Positions 9,185 to 18,371 of a DNA stretch of 64,000 nucleotides are shown one piece after another. Numbering within the stretch: position 1 is the first letter of the stretch; every line of letters begins with the position of its first letter. Source of the DNA: Minisyncoccota bacterium (lineage in GTDB: Bacteria; Patescibacteriota; Minisyncoccia; Phycocordibacterales; UBA1006). The notes beneath the pieces were generated by a model. That model saw nothing but the letters and a program-made list of their open reading frames with translations. It searched no databases and was not told the origin of the DNA. The translations under genes and the position numbers were made by a program. The stretch lies in assembly GCA_021734445.1 (NCBI GenBank), contig JAIPIY010000001.1:31849-95848 (forward strand), given 5' to 3'.

Positions 9185-9807
9185 TGGAAAACAAAAAAGA
9201 ACAAATAAAAGATTTTTGGAATTCGTCATGTCATGATTATGATGAACACATGCAAAATACTCAACATTATAAAGCACAAGAAAAATTATTAAATATTACT
9301 CTTTCTTATTTTCATCAACCAATATTAGATATAGCTTCAGGTACAGGTTTTCTTGTTAAAAAATTGAAAGAAACATTTACTGAAATACATGCTAATGATT
9401 TTTCTACAGAGATGACAAAAAATCTTATTAAGGAACTATCTGATATTACGATTACTAATGATGATGCCGAATTGCTATCTTCGTATAAAGAAAATTCTAT
9501 ACATACTATCTTCTGTTGTAATGCATTTTTCTATTTACAAAATAGAAAAGATTCCATGTCTCGCTGGTCGCAAATTCTGATCCCTAAAGGGAGAATTATT
9601 CTCTTTGAAGAATATCCTTTTATTAATACCCAGAATCAAGTTTTTGATAAACACACAGAAAATCTCAATTCGCTTGTTGATCCAATATCGCCAACTGAAA
9701 TCAAGAAAATAGCTACAGAGAATAATTTTGATTTAATATTTGAAGAAAAAACTGACATAGATAATCATCATAAATTATATGCTTTGGTTTTTCAAAAGAA
9801 ATATTAA
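9184..9807 (+). CDS. Class I SAM-dependent methyltransferase
   Basis: ILDIASGTG motif I, DFS, LIPKGRIILFE; start overlaps upstream stop. Confidence 0.88.
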   Translation: MENKKEQIKDFWNSSCHDYDEHMQNTQHYKAQEKLLNITLSYFHQPILDIASGTGFLVKKLKETFTEIHANDFSTEMTKNLIKELSDITITNDDAELLSSYKENSIHTIFCCNAFFYLQNRKDSMSRWSQILIPKGRIILFEEYPFINTQNQVFDKHTENLNSLVDPISPTEIKKIATENNFDLIFEEKTDIDNHHKLYALVFQKKY

Positions 9808-9874
9808 AATTTTAAGTACACGTTTGACACTCATCCTCAATGTGCTACCATGCAACCAAACAAACCTGTTCCCC

Positions 9875-10300
9875 ATGAAAAACAATCCAATCTTGCAGAT
9901 GTTTGCGAAAGATTTTAAAAGGCGCAAACAATTACGTACCCGAATTTGGCGTGCCGAGAAATCAAAACGAGATCTTGAACATGCCCTACATGAAAACATT
10001 GTCAGTGAATTGCTGGCATATACCATGTCAGATGCCGAACGCGGTTTTCTAAATTACAAAACCCGCGGAGTCAGAATCATTGAAACTTTGATACATCATG
10101 CGATGAGCGACACCTACAGACAACCCAAGGTACTAATCGATGAAAGTGTCCAACGTTTTCTATTTTCAAAATTGAACCAAAATAGAATCAAACCCATTAT
10201 CGATTCATTGAATAAAACCTTTGAATCTGTCCTGAAATTTAATTTACATGGACGCCATCTCGATGCGGAATTCATCAAACCCAAACCCTCCAAAGAATAG
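9875..10300 (+). CDS. Hypothetical protein
   Basis: ORF from MKNNP preceded by TTGACA..TGCTACCAT promoter-like sequence; no recognised family. Confidence 0.65.
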   Translation: MKNNPILQMFAKDFKRRKQLRTRIWRAEKSKRDLEHALHENIVSELLAYTMSDAERGFLNYKTRGVRIIETLIHHAMSDTYRQPKVLIDESVQRFLFSKLNQNRIKPIIDSLNKTFESVLKFNLHGRHLDAEFIKPKPSKE

Positions 10301-10385
10301 TTCTAAGGAGGGTTCTTTTTTATACAAAACCTATCCTCATTCCCCTTGTCCCACACCCAAAAACCTGTATAGTAATAAAAGAACT

Positions 10386-10919
10386 ATGCACCAAAAACCA
10401 CACATCATGAAAAAGAATCCTCTTGCGACTGTGGTTTTTGTTATTCATCACGGTCAGATATTGCTTGCAATCAAAATGAAAAAAGTTGGTGCAGGATTAT
10501 TAAATGGCTATGGTGGCAAAGAGAAATCATCTGATATTTCTTTGCGACACACGGCATGCCGTGAATTGTTCGAGGAATCAGGAGAAGGGATTTGGGTAGA
10601 ACCAGAAAATCTTGTGCCTCGATGTCTGATTGATTTTTATTTTTTTGATAATCATACAGATGAACCAAATTGGAGTGTTGCTTTTTATCTTGCCTTTGAT
10701 TTTACTGGCACAGCATCAACAACAGGCGAAATGGCGAACCCAACCTGGTATCCATTGGACATGATTCCCTATGACCAAATGCTTCCTGCAGATCAGGAAT
10801 TTATTCCCAAGATTCTTGATACGGAAAACAAAGGAACATTTCGTGGGATAGTCAGATTTTCAAAAGATGGAAAATCTGTGCTGTCATCAGAATACGAATA
10901 CGCACCACTTGAAATATAG
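10386..10919 (+). CDS. NUDIX hydrolase (MutT/MTH1-like)
   Basis: LNGYGGK..ACRELFEES Nudix box, EMANPTW, IPYDQMLPAD; start 10386 or 10407. Confidence 0.88.
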   Translation: MHQKPHIMKKNPLATVVFVIHHGQILLAIKMKKVGAGLLNGYGGKEKSSDISLRHTACRELFEESGEGIWVEPENLVPRCLIDFYFFDNHTDEPNWSVAFYLAFDFTGTASTTGEMANPTWYPLDMIPYDQMLPADQEFIPKILDTENKGTFRGIVRFSKDGKSVLSSEYEYAPLEI

Positions 10920-10936
10920 TGGTGTTTTATTTTTTA

Positions 10937-10965
10937 TTGACAAAGAAATCTTTTTTATTTATAAT
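10937..10965 (+). promoter_or_regulatory. Consensus sigma70 promoter
   Basis: TTGACA-17 nt-TATAAT, perfect consensus. Confidence 0.8.
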
Positions 10966-10989
10966 ATAAACAACCAAAAGCTCTTTGTC

Positions 10990-11229
10990 ATGGGAAACAT
11001 CCAAGAATTAAAGGCATTTTTGAAGTTGTACCAAAAAGAGTGTTCCAGTCTGCAAAAAGGACTTGTCTTGGGGCGACTAAAAGATTTTAATGAAAAAAAT
11101 GGTACGTCTCATTCGATAGAATGGAAACAAGTGGGTATGGCTGATTTATATACATGGGAAATAACCGAAAGGTGGAATAACCTCAATATCGATCAACCCC
11201 TCAAACCTCTTCAACTACGCCTGTTTTGA
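10990..11229 (+). CDS. Small hypothetical protein (79 aa)
   Basis: ATG 10990 behind consensus promoter; terminator GGGCCTTTCCA/TGGAAGGGCCC follows. Confidence 0.6.
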   Translation: MGNIQELKAFLKLYQKECSSLQKGLVLGRLKDFNEKNGTSHSIEWKQVGMADLYTWEITERWNNLNIDQPLKPLQLRLF

Positions 11230-11310
11230 ATTATGGGCCTTTCCAACTGGAAGGGCCCTATTTTTTTATATCACATGATTTCTTTTCTATGATTTGCTAT
11301 ACTGTCCCCC

Positions 11311-11706
11311 ATGAGTAAAAAAGATATAGCTAAAAAAATTGCAGTCAAAAGATCATCAGCGGGTTTAGGTCTTTTTGCAATCCAAGATTTTAAAAAGGGT
11401 GAACTGGTGATTGAATACACCGGGGATCGCATCACCGATGCAGAAGCACAAAAACGTGGTGGAAAATATCTTTTCCAGGTAAACGACAATCTGACCATAG
11501 ACGGAACCAAACGTCACAACACAGGAAGATATATGAATCATGCGTGTAAACCAAATGCCGAAGCAGAGCATGACGAAGAAACAGACAGAATATACATACG
11601 TGCAAAAAAACCCATCAAATCTGGTGAAGAGATAACGTATCATTATGGTAAAGATTACTTCAAAAGAATGATTCAACCCGTTGGGTGCAAATGTGCTTCT
11701 TGCTAA
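11311..11706 (+). CDS. SET domain protein-lysine methyltransferase with post-SET Cys motif
   Basis: GLGLFA, IEYTGD, RYMNHACKPN, EEITYHY, CKCASC. Confidence 0.93.
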   Translation: MSKKDIAKKIAVKRSSAGLGLFAIQDFKKGELVIEYTGDRITDAEAQKRGGKYLFQVNDNLTIDGTKRHNTGRYMNHACKPNAEAEHDEETDRIYIRAKKPIKSGEEITYHYGKDYFKRMIQPVGCKCASC

Positions 11707-11767
11707 TAAAAGTATTGACTTTTAATATTTTGTGTGTAATAATGTATGCGAACTAATCCATATAACC

Positions 11768-12259
11768 ATGGCAGCACCTTGTGAACTAATGAGAGGCGGA
11801 ATTCTCCGCGAATGGCATATATTTGGCCAAACAATCGAACGACCATTGTTCGAAGTAATCCAATTATTATCCATAGAATCCCTAACAAGAGATTTTTGGG
11901 TGAACAGGTTGAGACCAATGTTCTTCAGTCAACTGATTGAAATTGACAACAAAAATGGGAATGACAACAATGTGTTGTTCACCATAATGGTCGTCTTGAC
12001 CCATTTTCCTGATGCTCTTTATGGAAAATCAGGAATTGATTTGGATACATTATACGATGATTACCATCGGAATATGACATCGAGAACAAAAAAAATCTTG
12101 GTTTCTGCCTGCTATATCCAAGCACACGCAAATCAAAAAAATGTCAAAAAGACCATGATTGACATGATCAACATGAAGCAGACAGGAAATCTGTTTCAAA
12201 AAGATGATAAAATCATCGAAAGGATCGCCAGAGTAGAAGAATCTCTGGTTTGTTCATAA
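11768..12259 (+). CDS. Hypothetical protein
   Basis: ORF from MAAPCE with upstream TTGACT and downstream hairpin; no recognised family. Confidence 0.6.
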   Translation: MAAPCELMRGGILREWHIFGQTIERPLFEVIQLLSIESLTRDFWVNRLRPMFFSQLIEIDNKNGNDNNVLFTIMVVLTHFPDALYGKSGIDLDTLYDDYHRNMTSRTKKILVSACYIQAHANQKNVKKTMIDMINMKQTGNLFQKDDKIIERIARVEESLVCS

Positions 12260-12312
12260 CCAAGACCCCGAAAGAAACAAGTAGTAATACTTTTTTCTTT
12301 CGGGGTCATTTT

Positions 12313-13053
12313 TTATATACTGATTTTTGTACGAACAATATTCAATGCCAATGCAGGAATACCCAAAGATTTGCCTACATCATATGCCAATTGTCGCATA
12401 TATGTCCCCGAAGAAACATGCGCAAAAATACGCACGACAGGATACAATGAATCAGCATTATATTTTTCCAACAATGCATCCCATGATTGGATTGATTCTT
12501 CCTGACGAAAATCTCCCGAAACTGTTCGTATTTTATCTTTTGCTTTTTGTACTATTTCTTCCAAAGGTGCTACATAAAAATCAACCACGTGTATGATGTG
12601 TATGGTTACTGTATGAGTAGGCAAATCATCTTCGGCAATAGTACCCTGTCGTGCATGGGTGTGTAGTTGTTTACCGTCTATGGTTTTTGAAGAATATGCG
12701 GGATACTGCTGTTCAAAGGTTTTCTGAAATGATTGCAATTTCTTTTCGATGGTTTGTAGTGAAATTAATCCTCCAGGAGTACTACGTCCCACAATACCCA
12801 ATGGATCATGTGTATCGGTTCCTATACCCAACAAAATATCAACCTGATATTCTTTGTCTTTGCCCAGAAAATCATCTTTTTGTTTGCATGATTCCCCTGC
12901 CAAAATATACAACAATCCCGATGCTAACGGATCCAATCGTCCTGCATACGTCATGGGTACATCTGCATATTCAGGAAAAGAAATACGAAACCGATCCATG
13001 CATGACAATGGGGTTTCACCAGAATGTTTATAGAGAAAGAATTTTTCTATCAT
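12313..13053 (-). CDS. truB: tRNA pseudouridine(55) synthase TruB-like
   Basis: YKHSGETP, YAGRLDPLASG catalytic Asp, YPAYSSK, VSSGTYMRQL. Confidence 0.85.
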   Translation of the reverse strand: MIEKFFLYKHSGETPLSCMDRFRISFPEYADVPMTYAGRLDPLASGLLYILAGESCKQKDDFLGKDKEYQVDILLGIGTDTHDPLGIVGRSTPGGLISLQTIEKKLQSFQKTFEQQYPAYSSKTIDGKQLHTHARQGTIAEDDLPTHTVTIHIIHVVDFYVAPLEEIVQKAKDKIRTVSGDFRQEESIQSWDALLEKYNADSLYPVVRIFAHVSSGTYMRQLAYDVGKSLGIPALALNIVRTKISI

Positions 13054-13091
13054 ACCAAAATACTAGCATACTTTGGGTAAATATATGATAA

Positions 13092-13126
13092 AAAACAAAA
13101 ACCGCCATCATGGCGGTTTTTGTTTT
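13092..13126 (-). terminator. Intrinsic terminator
   Basis: AAAACAAAAACCGCCA-tca-TGGCGGTTTTTGTTTT. Confidence 0.8.
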
Positions 13127-13137
13127 AAAGAAATATA

Positions 13138-14328
13138 TTAGTTAAGGTCTTCAACATTGTATTCTGTTGTTTCTGTTGTTATTCGACGCTTTTTCATAAT
13201 AATACGAGCACTCATCAAGATGATGGCACCTACAACAATTACAATAATAAATACAAGCATAATGTTTCCAAATGCACCTGTACCAGATGCACTGGCTCCT
13301 AATTTCAAGCCTGAACCTGCTCCGTATGCATCAACATCACGTGCACGAACTGTATCTACTAATTGATCATTACCAACAGCAACAGTTAGTTCAGCAGTTG
13401 CGACAACATAGTTTTGAGATGCAGATGTTGCACGCACCAATACGGTTACTTCATCAGTTGATTTTGCTTCGATAGTTCCTAATTGAACAATGATCACTGA
13501 TGATTCGGGTTCATGAAGACCTTTTGAAAAGGCCAGGATTTCAAAACCTTCTGGTATCGAAATTACTAATTTTCCTGATGCAACGTCTGCATTTGTTTTA
13601 TTGTGATACACAACACGGTAAGTAAATGTTTCCCCAGGGAATACAGTCTCTATGCCATTTTCGATAGACAATCGAGAATACTGTGATTCACCAACAATGT
13701 CTTGGTCTGAGAAATTAGTATTACCTGAATCAGCGTTATTGCCTGAAAAGAGGTTTAATCCACCAGCATTTGTATTTACACTTGATCCGTTGGTATTTGT
13801 ATTCGAATTTGAATTTAAACCAGAATTATTTGTAGTAGATTGATTATTGGTAGTATTGTTAGAAGTAGTATTTCCAGATCCTGTATTATTTCCACTAGAC
13901 TGAGATGATGTATTGGTAGATACCACTATATCGGTTTCCAAGGTTTTTAATTCGTATCTTTGTCCACGGGTTCGCCCTTCACTATTTTCAGCAACAAGAC
14001 GGTAATAATAGGTAGTATCTGGTTTAAGGTTTCGAACTTTTACTGTTCTATTTTCAGGTCTTTGATATACACCAGATAGCCCAGCAGTAAGATTCAAAGA
14101 TGAAGGAGAAGTACCATACTCAAACCATGCTGTAGTAGCTTTATTTCCAGTATTAAAAACAACCCCAGAAAAAACGGCTGTAGTGCTGGTTATTTCAGAA
14201 GATGGATAGGTGGAAATTTCAGGCACCTGAGCGGATGCAACCTGAATACCGCCAAATAATGCAATAACCATAGCCATAAAAGCCAAGAAAACTGCTGTAT
14301 GTATTTTTGCGATTGATATATTATTCAT
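13138..14328 (-). CDS. Membrane-anchored surface protein (fn3-like domain, N/S/T-rich linker, DUF11-like domain, C-terminal TM)
   Basis: Signal peptide; AWFEYGT..NLKPDTTYYYRLVAEN; VFPGETFTYRVVYHN; TM followed by KKRR. Confidence 0.8.
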   Translation of the reverse strand: MNNISIAKIHTAVFLAFMAMVIALFGGIQVASAQVPEISTYPSSEITSTTAVFSGVVFNTGNKATTAWFEYGTSPSSLNLTAGLSGVYQRPENRTVKVRNLKPDTTYYYRLVAENSEGRTRGQRYELKTLETDIVVSTNTSSQSSGNNTGSGNTTSNNTTNNQSTTNNSGLNSNSNTNTNGSSVNTNAGGLNLFSGNNADSGNTNFSDQDIVGESQYSRLSIENGIETVFPGETFTYRVVYHNKTNADVASGKLVISIPEGFEILAFSKGLHEPESSVIIVQLGTIEAKSTDEVTVLVRATSASQNYVVATAELTVAVGNDQLVDTVRARDVDAYGAGSGLKLGASASGTGAFGNIMLVFIIVIVVGAIILMSARIIMKKRRITTETTEYNVEDLN

Positions 14329-14456
14329 ACTTACATCATAGCATATATGAAACTATTTGTCAATACCCCATAGATACTCATTTTTATACTTAAAAGGTCT
14401 TTACAAATAAAGAAAAATGCGCTAGAATGGCAAAGCTTACAAGCAATAATAACGTT

Positions 14457-15017
14457 ATATCTACTTTGAAGAATAAACACACCACAGATCGCATTCGTAT
14501 CAATCAAACAATTCGTGCAGAAGAATTACGTATCATTGATAGCGAAGGTGCAAATTTGGGTATCATGTCTTTTCGTGACGCTTTGGAGAAAGCAAAAGAA
14601 TTAGGTCAAGACCTTATTGAAATATCTCCAAAAGCAAAACCCCCTATCGCAAAAATAATGGACTACGGTCGTTATAAATACGAAGAAGGGAAAAAACAAA
14701 AAAAGGCAAAGCAACAATCTACGGAAACAAAGGTTGTGCAAATCAAAATAGGTACAGGTGAACATGATTTAGCTTTAAAAGCTAAAAAAGCTTCAGAATG
14801 GTTAAAGGAAGGACATCGTATTCAATTGGAACTCTTTCTTGTTGGAAGAACCAAATATATGGACGAAACATTTCTGAAAGACCGTATGAAGAGAATTCTA
14901 GCCCTGATTAGCGAGCCCTACAAATTGGCTCATGATATCAAAAAGGGACCAAAAGGATTTGTCACTATTCTTGAAAAAGAAACGAAGAAACCAGCAATTT
15001 CAACAGAAGCGATATAA
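14457..15017 (+). CDS. infC: Translation initiation factor IF-3 (probable non-AUG start, ATA 14457 or TTG 14466)
   Basis: RINQTIRAEELRIID, DLIEISP..PPIAKIMDYGRYKY; ORF-track ATG 14427 overlaps a TAGAAT -10 box. Confidence 0.93.
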   Translation: MSTLKNKHTTDRIRINQTIRAEELRIIDSEGANLGIMSFRDALEKAKELGQDLIEISPKAKPPIAKIMDYGRYKYEEGKKQKKAKQQSTETKVVQIKIGTGEHDLALKAKKASEWLKEGHRIQLELFLVGRTKYMDETFLKDRMKRILALISEPYKLAHDIKKGPKGFVTILEKETKKPAISTEAI

Positions 15018-15040
15018 CAACAACATTATTACACAAACAT

Positions 15041-15244
15041 ATGTCTAGCCAAAAAACAAATAAATCATTTATAAAAAGACTCAAAGTTACCAAAAACGGT
15101 AAAGTTATTGCTCGTAAATCTGGTTTCAATCACCTAAACGCAAAAATGCGGCGAGTAAAACAACTAGCCGGAAAAGTACCCCGAGTTATCACATTAACAA
15201 AAAAGGTTGTGCAACAAAACTTGCCACACCATTCTGTTAAATAA
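15041..15244 (+). CDS. rpmI: 50S ribosomal protein L35
   Basis: KTNKSFIKRLKVTKNGK..NHLNAK; between infC and rplT. Confidence 0.93.
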   Translation: MSSQKTNKSFIKRLKVTKNGKVIARKSGFNHLNAKMRRVKQLAGKVPRVITLTKKVVQQNLPHHSVK

Positions 15245-15270
15245 TCTTATACAGTAAATAATTTTCATAT

Positions 15271-15615
15271 ATGTCACGCGTAAAAAGAGGAACAATTTCA
15301 ATGAAGAGACGTCGCAATGTCCTAAAGGCAGCGAAAGGTTTTCGATTTGGACGAAGTACGAAAGAACGAGAAGCAAAAGTTGCTTTGCGAAAAGCTGGAA
15401 CACATGCTTTTGCTCACCGAAAAGACAAGAAAGCTGATTTCCGAAAACTTTGGACAGTAAATATCAATGCAGGAGTTCGAGCTCACGGAATGTCATACAG
15501 TGTTTTCATTAAAAATTTGAAAACAAAGAATATTCTTTTGAACCGAAAAATGCTTGCTACTCTGGCAGAAGAACATCCAACAGTCTTTACAGAAGTTGTA
15601 CAAGCTGTTGCCTAA
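15271..15615 (+). CDS. rplT: 50S ribosomal protein L20
   Basis: MSRVKRG, AKGFRFGR, FRKLW, LNRKMLA. Confidence 0.97.
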   Translation: MSRVKRGTISMKRRRNVLKAAKGFRFGRSTKEREAKVALRKAGTHAFAHRKDKKADFRKLWTVNINAGVRAHGMSYSVFIKNLKTKNILLNRKMLATLAEEHPTVFTEVVQAVA

Positions 15616-15616
15616 A

Positions 15617-15672
15617 TCTCCTATAAACAAAAATTCGTCGCTAATCAGCGACGAATTTTTGTTTATAGGAGA
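15617..15672. terminator. Bidirectional terminator with 26-bp perfect stem
   Basis: TCTCCTATAAACAAAAATTCGTCGCT-aatc-AGCGACGAATTTTTGTTTATAGGAGA. Confidence 0.85.
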
Positions 15673-16241
15673 GATCCCTTTTCTTGTTCCCGCACTTTTT
15701 TCAATATGCGTTCCACAAGGCGCCTAGGGTCATCGTCAAAGAGAACTAATTCTCGATGTGCATAGTGTGTCTCATCCAGTAATTGGGCAATAAATTCGTC
15801 TGTTTTCCATGGACCCTGCAGGATACCAATAGGCTTTTTTTCTTGTAATGCAATAGTTAGCTCGTTAATGGTTCCCACCCTACCACAACCGATAATCACA
15901 GCTTCTGCAGAGCGAATCATAAGCAAATTAGACCCAGCATATCCAAAACCAGTATATACGATAGTATTAAAAAAATGCGTTGGTAATCGATGAATCTCAA
16001 CATGGTCACGCTTTCCTGCTGCAGGAGAAAACCCAATAGTGGTTCCACCAGAATCATGAACACCTTTTGCCACCCACAGTGGAAACCCTGTTACAGCACC
16101 CAAAATTGCAGTAACTCCATGCGCGTTTAATTCTTGGCCTAATTGCATTGCTAACGGCATAGCATCTTCCCCACACAAAGAAGTATCTGCGGCACCAGAG
16201 ATTGCGATAGTATAAGCATGTTCCTGAGTATTTTTTTCCAT
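15663..16241 (-). CDS. LOG/SLOG-family Rossmann-fold protein
   Basis: ISGAA, TIGFSP, VYTGFG, GCGRVGTINE..A. Confidence 0.8.
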   Translation of the reverse strand: MEKNTQEHAYTIAISGAADTSLCGEDAMPLAMQLGQELNAHGVTAILGAVTGFPLWVAKGVHDSGGTTIGFSPAAGKRDHVEIHRLPTHFFNTIVYTGFGYAGSNLLMIRSAEAVIIGCGRVGTINELTIALQEKKPIGILQGPWKTDEFIAQLLDETHYAHRELVLFDDDPRRLVERILKKVREQEKGSLL

Positions 16242-16254
16242 ACTATGTAGTATA

Positions 16255-17658
16255 TCAAACCTTTTTACTAATCGGAAGAGTAATCACATCACCTTCGTCT
16301 GGAACATGAGATTTGACTCCCAGATAATCACGAATACGCTGAGCCAAAAACGAAGCGGATGATAATTCACCCATAACACAATATACATTGGAAACAGAAT
16401 TTCCTAATTTTTCAACAAAATCCAACAATTCAGAAGAGCCCTTGTGCCCTGAGTATCCAGTAATCATACGAATTTCTGCCTTGACGGGTACTATCTCTTT
16501 AAAGATTTTTACCTTTTTTGCACCATCAACCAACAATCTTCCCATGGTTCCAGCAGCTTGATATCCTACCATCAACAAAATTGTTTTTGGATCAGAGAGA
16601 AAATGTAATTCATGGTGTATAATTCTTCCCCCATGAGACATACCAGAACCGGCTATGATGACTTTTGGATTTGGCGATTTGAAAATCGCTTTTGATTCTT
16701 CAACAGACGAAGTAATATGGAGATTGCGAAATGAAAAAACATCTTTATCATGTGTATAAGCTTTTTGTACGGTTTCATTAAAATATTCACGAGAACTTTG
16801 ATATACTTCGGTTACCGAAATTCCTAAAGGAGAATCAAGATACATAGGAATAGGTTTGATACGATTGCCTTCTACAAGATTGTTTAATTCAAATAGTAAT
16901 TCTTGCGTTCGTTCCAAAGAAAACGCCGGAATAAGAAGTATTCCCTGTTGGCGTTCAGTATCTTCTATTGCTCGTTCTAATAATAGTGCTCTATCAGAAA
17001 CACCTTCATGGTCGCGATCTCCGTACACACTTTCCATAAACACGTAATGCACCCCATGTACAATTTCAGTATCTTTTAATAAGGGAGAAGGAGAATTTCC
17101 AAGATCTCCTGTGAACAAAAATACTGATTCATGACAGGTTAATCGAGCCATAGAAGAACCCAATACATGCCCTGCATCGAACAATTGAAATGAACAATCT
17201 TCTGATAACGGAACCTGTGCATGATAGGATACTGTTTTCCAAAGAGTAAATACCATGGAAACATCTTCTGATGTAAAGTAGGGTTCGACTTCTCTTTGCA
17301 GAGATTCTTGTGTCATGAGATGTAATGCATCTTGGAGCATTAATTTTGCCAAATCACGTGTAGGCAGTGTAGAATAAATCACCCCACGAAAACCATCATG
17401 AATTAATTTTGGTATACGCCCAATATGATCCATGTGCGCATGCGTAACAATAAGAAAATCAATAGAAGAAACGTCATAATTAAAATCTTTACGATTCCAA
17501 TCAAATGCATTTTCATCGCCTTGCATCATTCCACAATCAATCAATACCGAAAGATCTTCATATTGAAAAAGAAAATTAGCCCCCGTTACTGAACCCGCCC
17601 CTCCGTGACAGGTAACAGTTGCTTGATCTGATGATTGTGTTTTTTGTGCGTGCTTCAT
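16255..17658 (-). CDS. MBL-fold beta-CASP ribonuclease
   Basis: GGAGSVTG, THAHMDHIG, AGHVLGS, FTGDLG, ESVYG, YSGH. Confidence 0.92.
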   Translation of the reverse strand: MKHAQKTQSSDQATVTCHGGAGSVTGANFLFQYEDLSVLIDCGMMQGDENAFDWNRKDFNYDVSSIDFLIVTHAHMDHIGRIPKLIHDGFRGVIYSTLPTRDLAKLMLQDALHLMTQESLQREVEPYFTSEDVSMVFTLWKTVSYHAQVPLSEDCSFQLFDAGHVLGSSMARLTCHESVFLFTGDLGNSPSPLLKDTEIVHGVHYVFMESVYGDRDHEGVSDRALLLERAIEDTERQQGILLIPAFSLERTQELLFELNNLVEGNRIKPIPMYLDSPLGISVTEVYQSSREYFNETVQKAYTHDKDVFSFRNLHITSSVEESKAIFKSPNPKVIIAGSGMSHGGRIIHHELHFLSDPKTILLMVGYQAAGTMGRLLVDGAKKVKIFKEIVPVKAEIRMITGYSGHKGSSELLDFVEKLGNSVSNVYCVMGELSSASFLAQRIRDYLGVKSHVPDEGDVITLPISKKV

Positions 17659-17661
17659 AGA

Positions 17662-18075
17662 TTACTGTATTTTTAAAAATTTATGACGAATAAAAAAATA
17701 TGCTAATACTACCCCAATCAATCCAGAAATAATGTCTTTTACTGAGTCAATGAGATAAGGTTGCCAAACATTTTGACGATACACAAAAGTATCAAAAAAC
17801 CATTCAATCATCTCCCACCCTAGAATAACACCAATAATTCCAATAATAAGTATCCATTTTTTCTGATGTAATATTTGTTTATATTCCTGAACTATATCAC
17901 CTAAAAAAAGAGAGATCAAAAAAATAAACAACCAAAATCCACCCAAAATATGCATGATAATATCGAAATGGCTCATTGACCAATACCAATAAAAAACCGT
18001 TGCAGATGCGTGGATTAATGTAATACTAAACAACAGAAATACAGACAAACGCAGTAATGAAATTGAAATATTCAC
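17662..18075 (-). CDS. Four-TM membrane protein (D..MH..GG / WE..E / D...D pattern)
   Basis: FDIIMHILGG, LGWEMIE, DSVKDII; GTG start. Confidence 0.75.
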   Translation of the reverse strand: MNISISLLRLSVFLLFSITLIHASATVFYWYWSMSHFDIIMHILGGFWLFIFLISLFLGDIVQEYKQILHQKKWILIIGIIGVILGWEMIEWFFDTFVYRQNVWQPYLIDSVKDIISGLIGVVLAYFFIRHKFLKIQ

Positions 18076-18111
18076 CTCTATAGTATAACCTGACCTGCGT
18101 AAAAAGGAAAC

Positions 18112-18277
18112 AAAAAACCGTCCACAAAGGACGGTGTCTTGTTATGGCTATTGTTCAGAGGAATGACCAAAGCTTGGAACATAACGTGGGTGTCAGAAAT
18201 ATAATACGCATGCATTCTATTATCGAAACTCCCTAAAAAAGTTTGTTCTAAGGTCATTGCCTAACAATAACCATATC
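18112..18277 (-). ncRNA. Candidate rod-shaped small RNA (possibly 6S-like) with own promoter and terminator
   Basis: TTCACA-16-TATAAT with TG extension (18308-18281); 5' TATGGTTATTGTT pairs 3' AACAATAGCCATA; AATGACC/GGTCATT; terminator ACCGTCC/GGACGGT plus U-run. Confidence 0.55.
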
Positions 18278-18371
18278 TACATTATAGCAAGTGCATCTTT
18301 TTTGTGAAGTCGACAACCTAAAAAAAATATGACTTAACAAAAAAATTACAATGACAAATCAGAGAACATTA

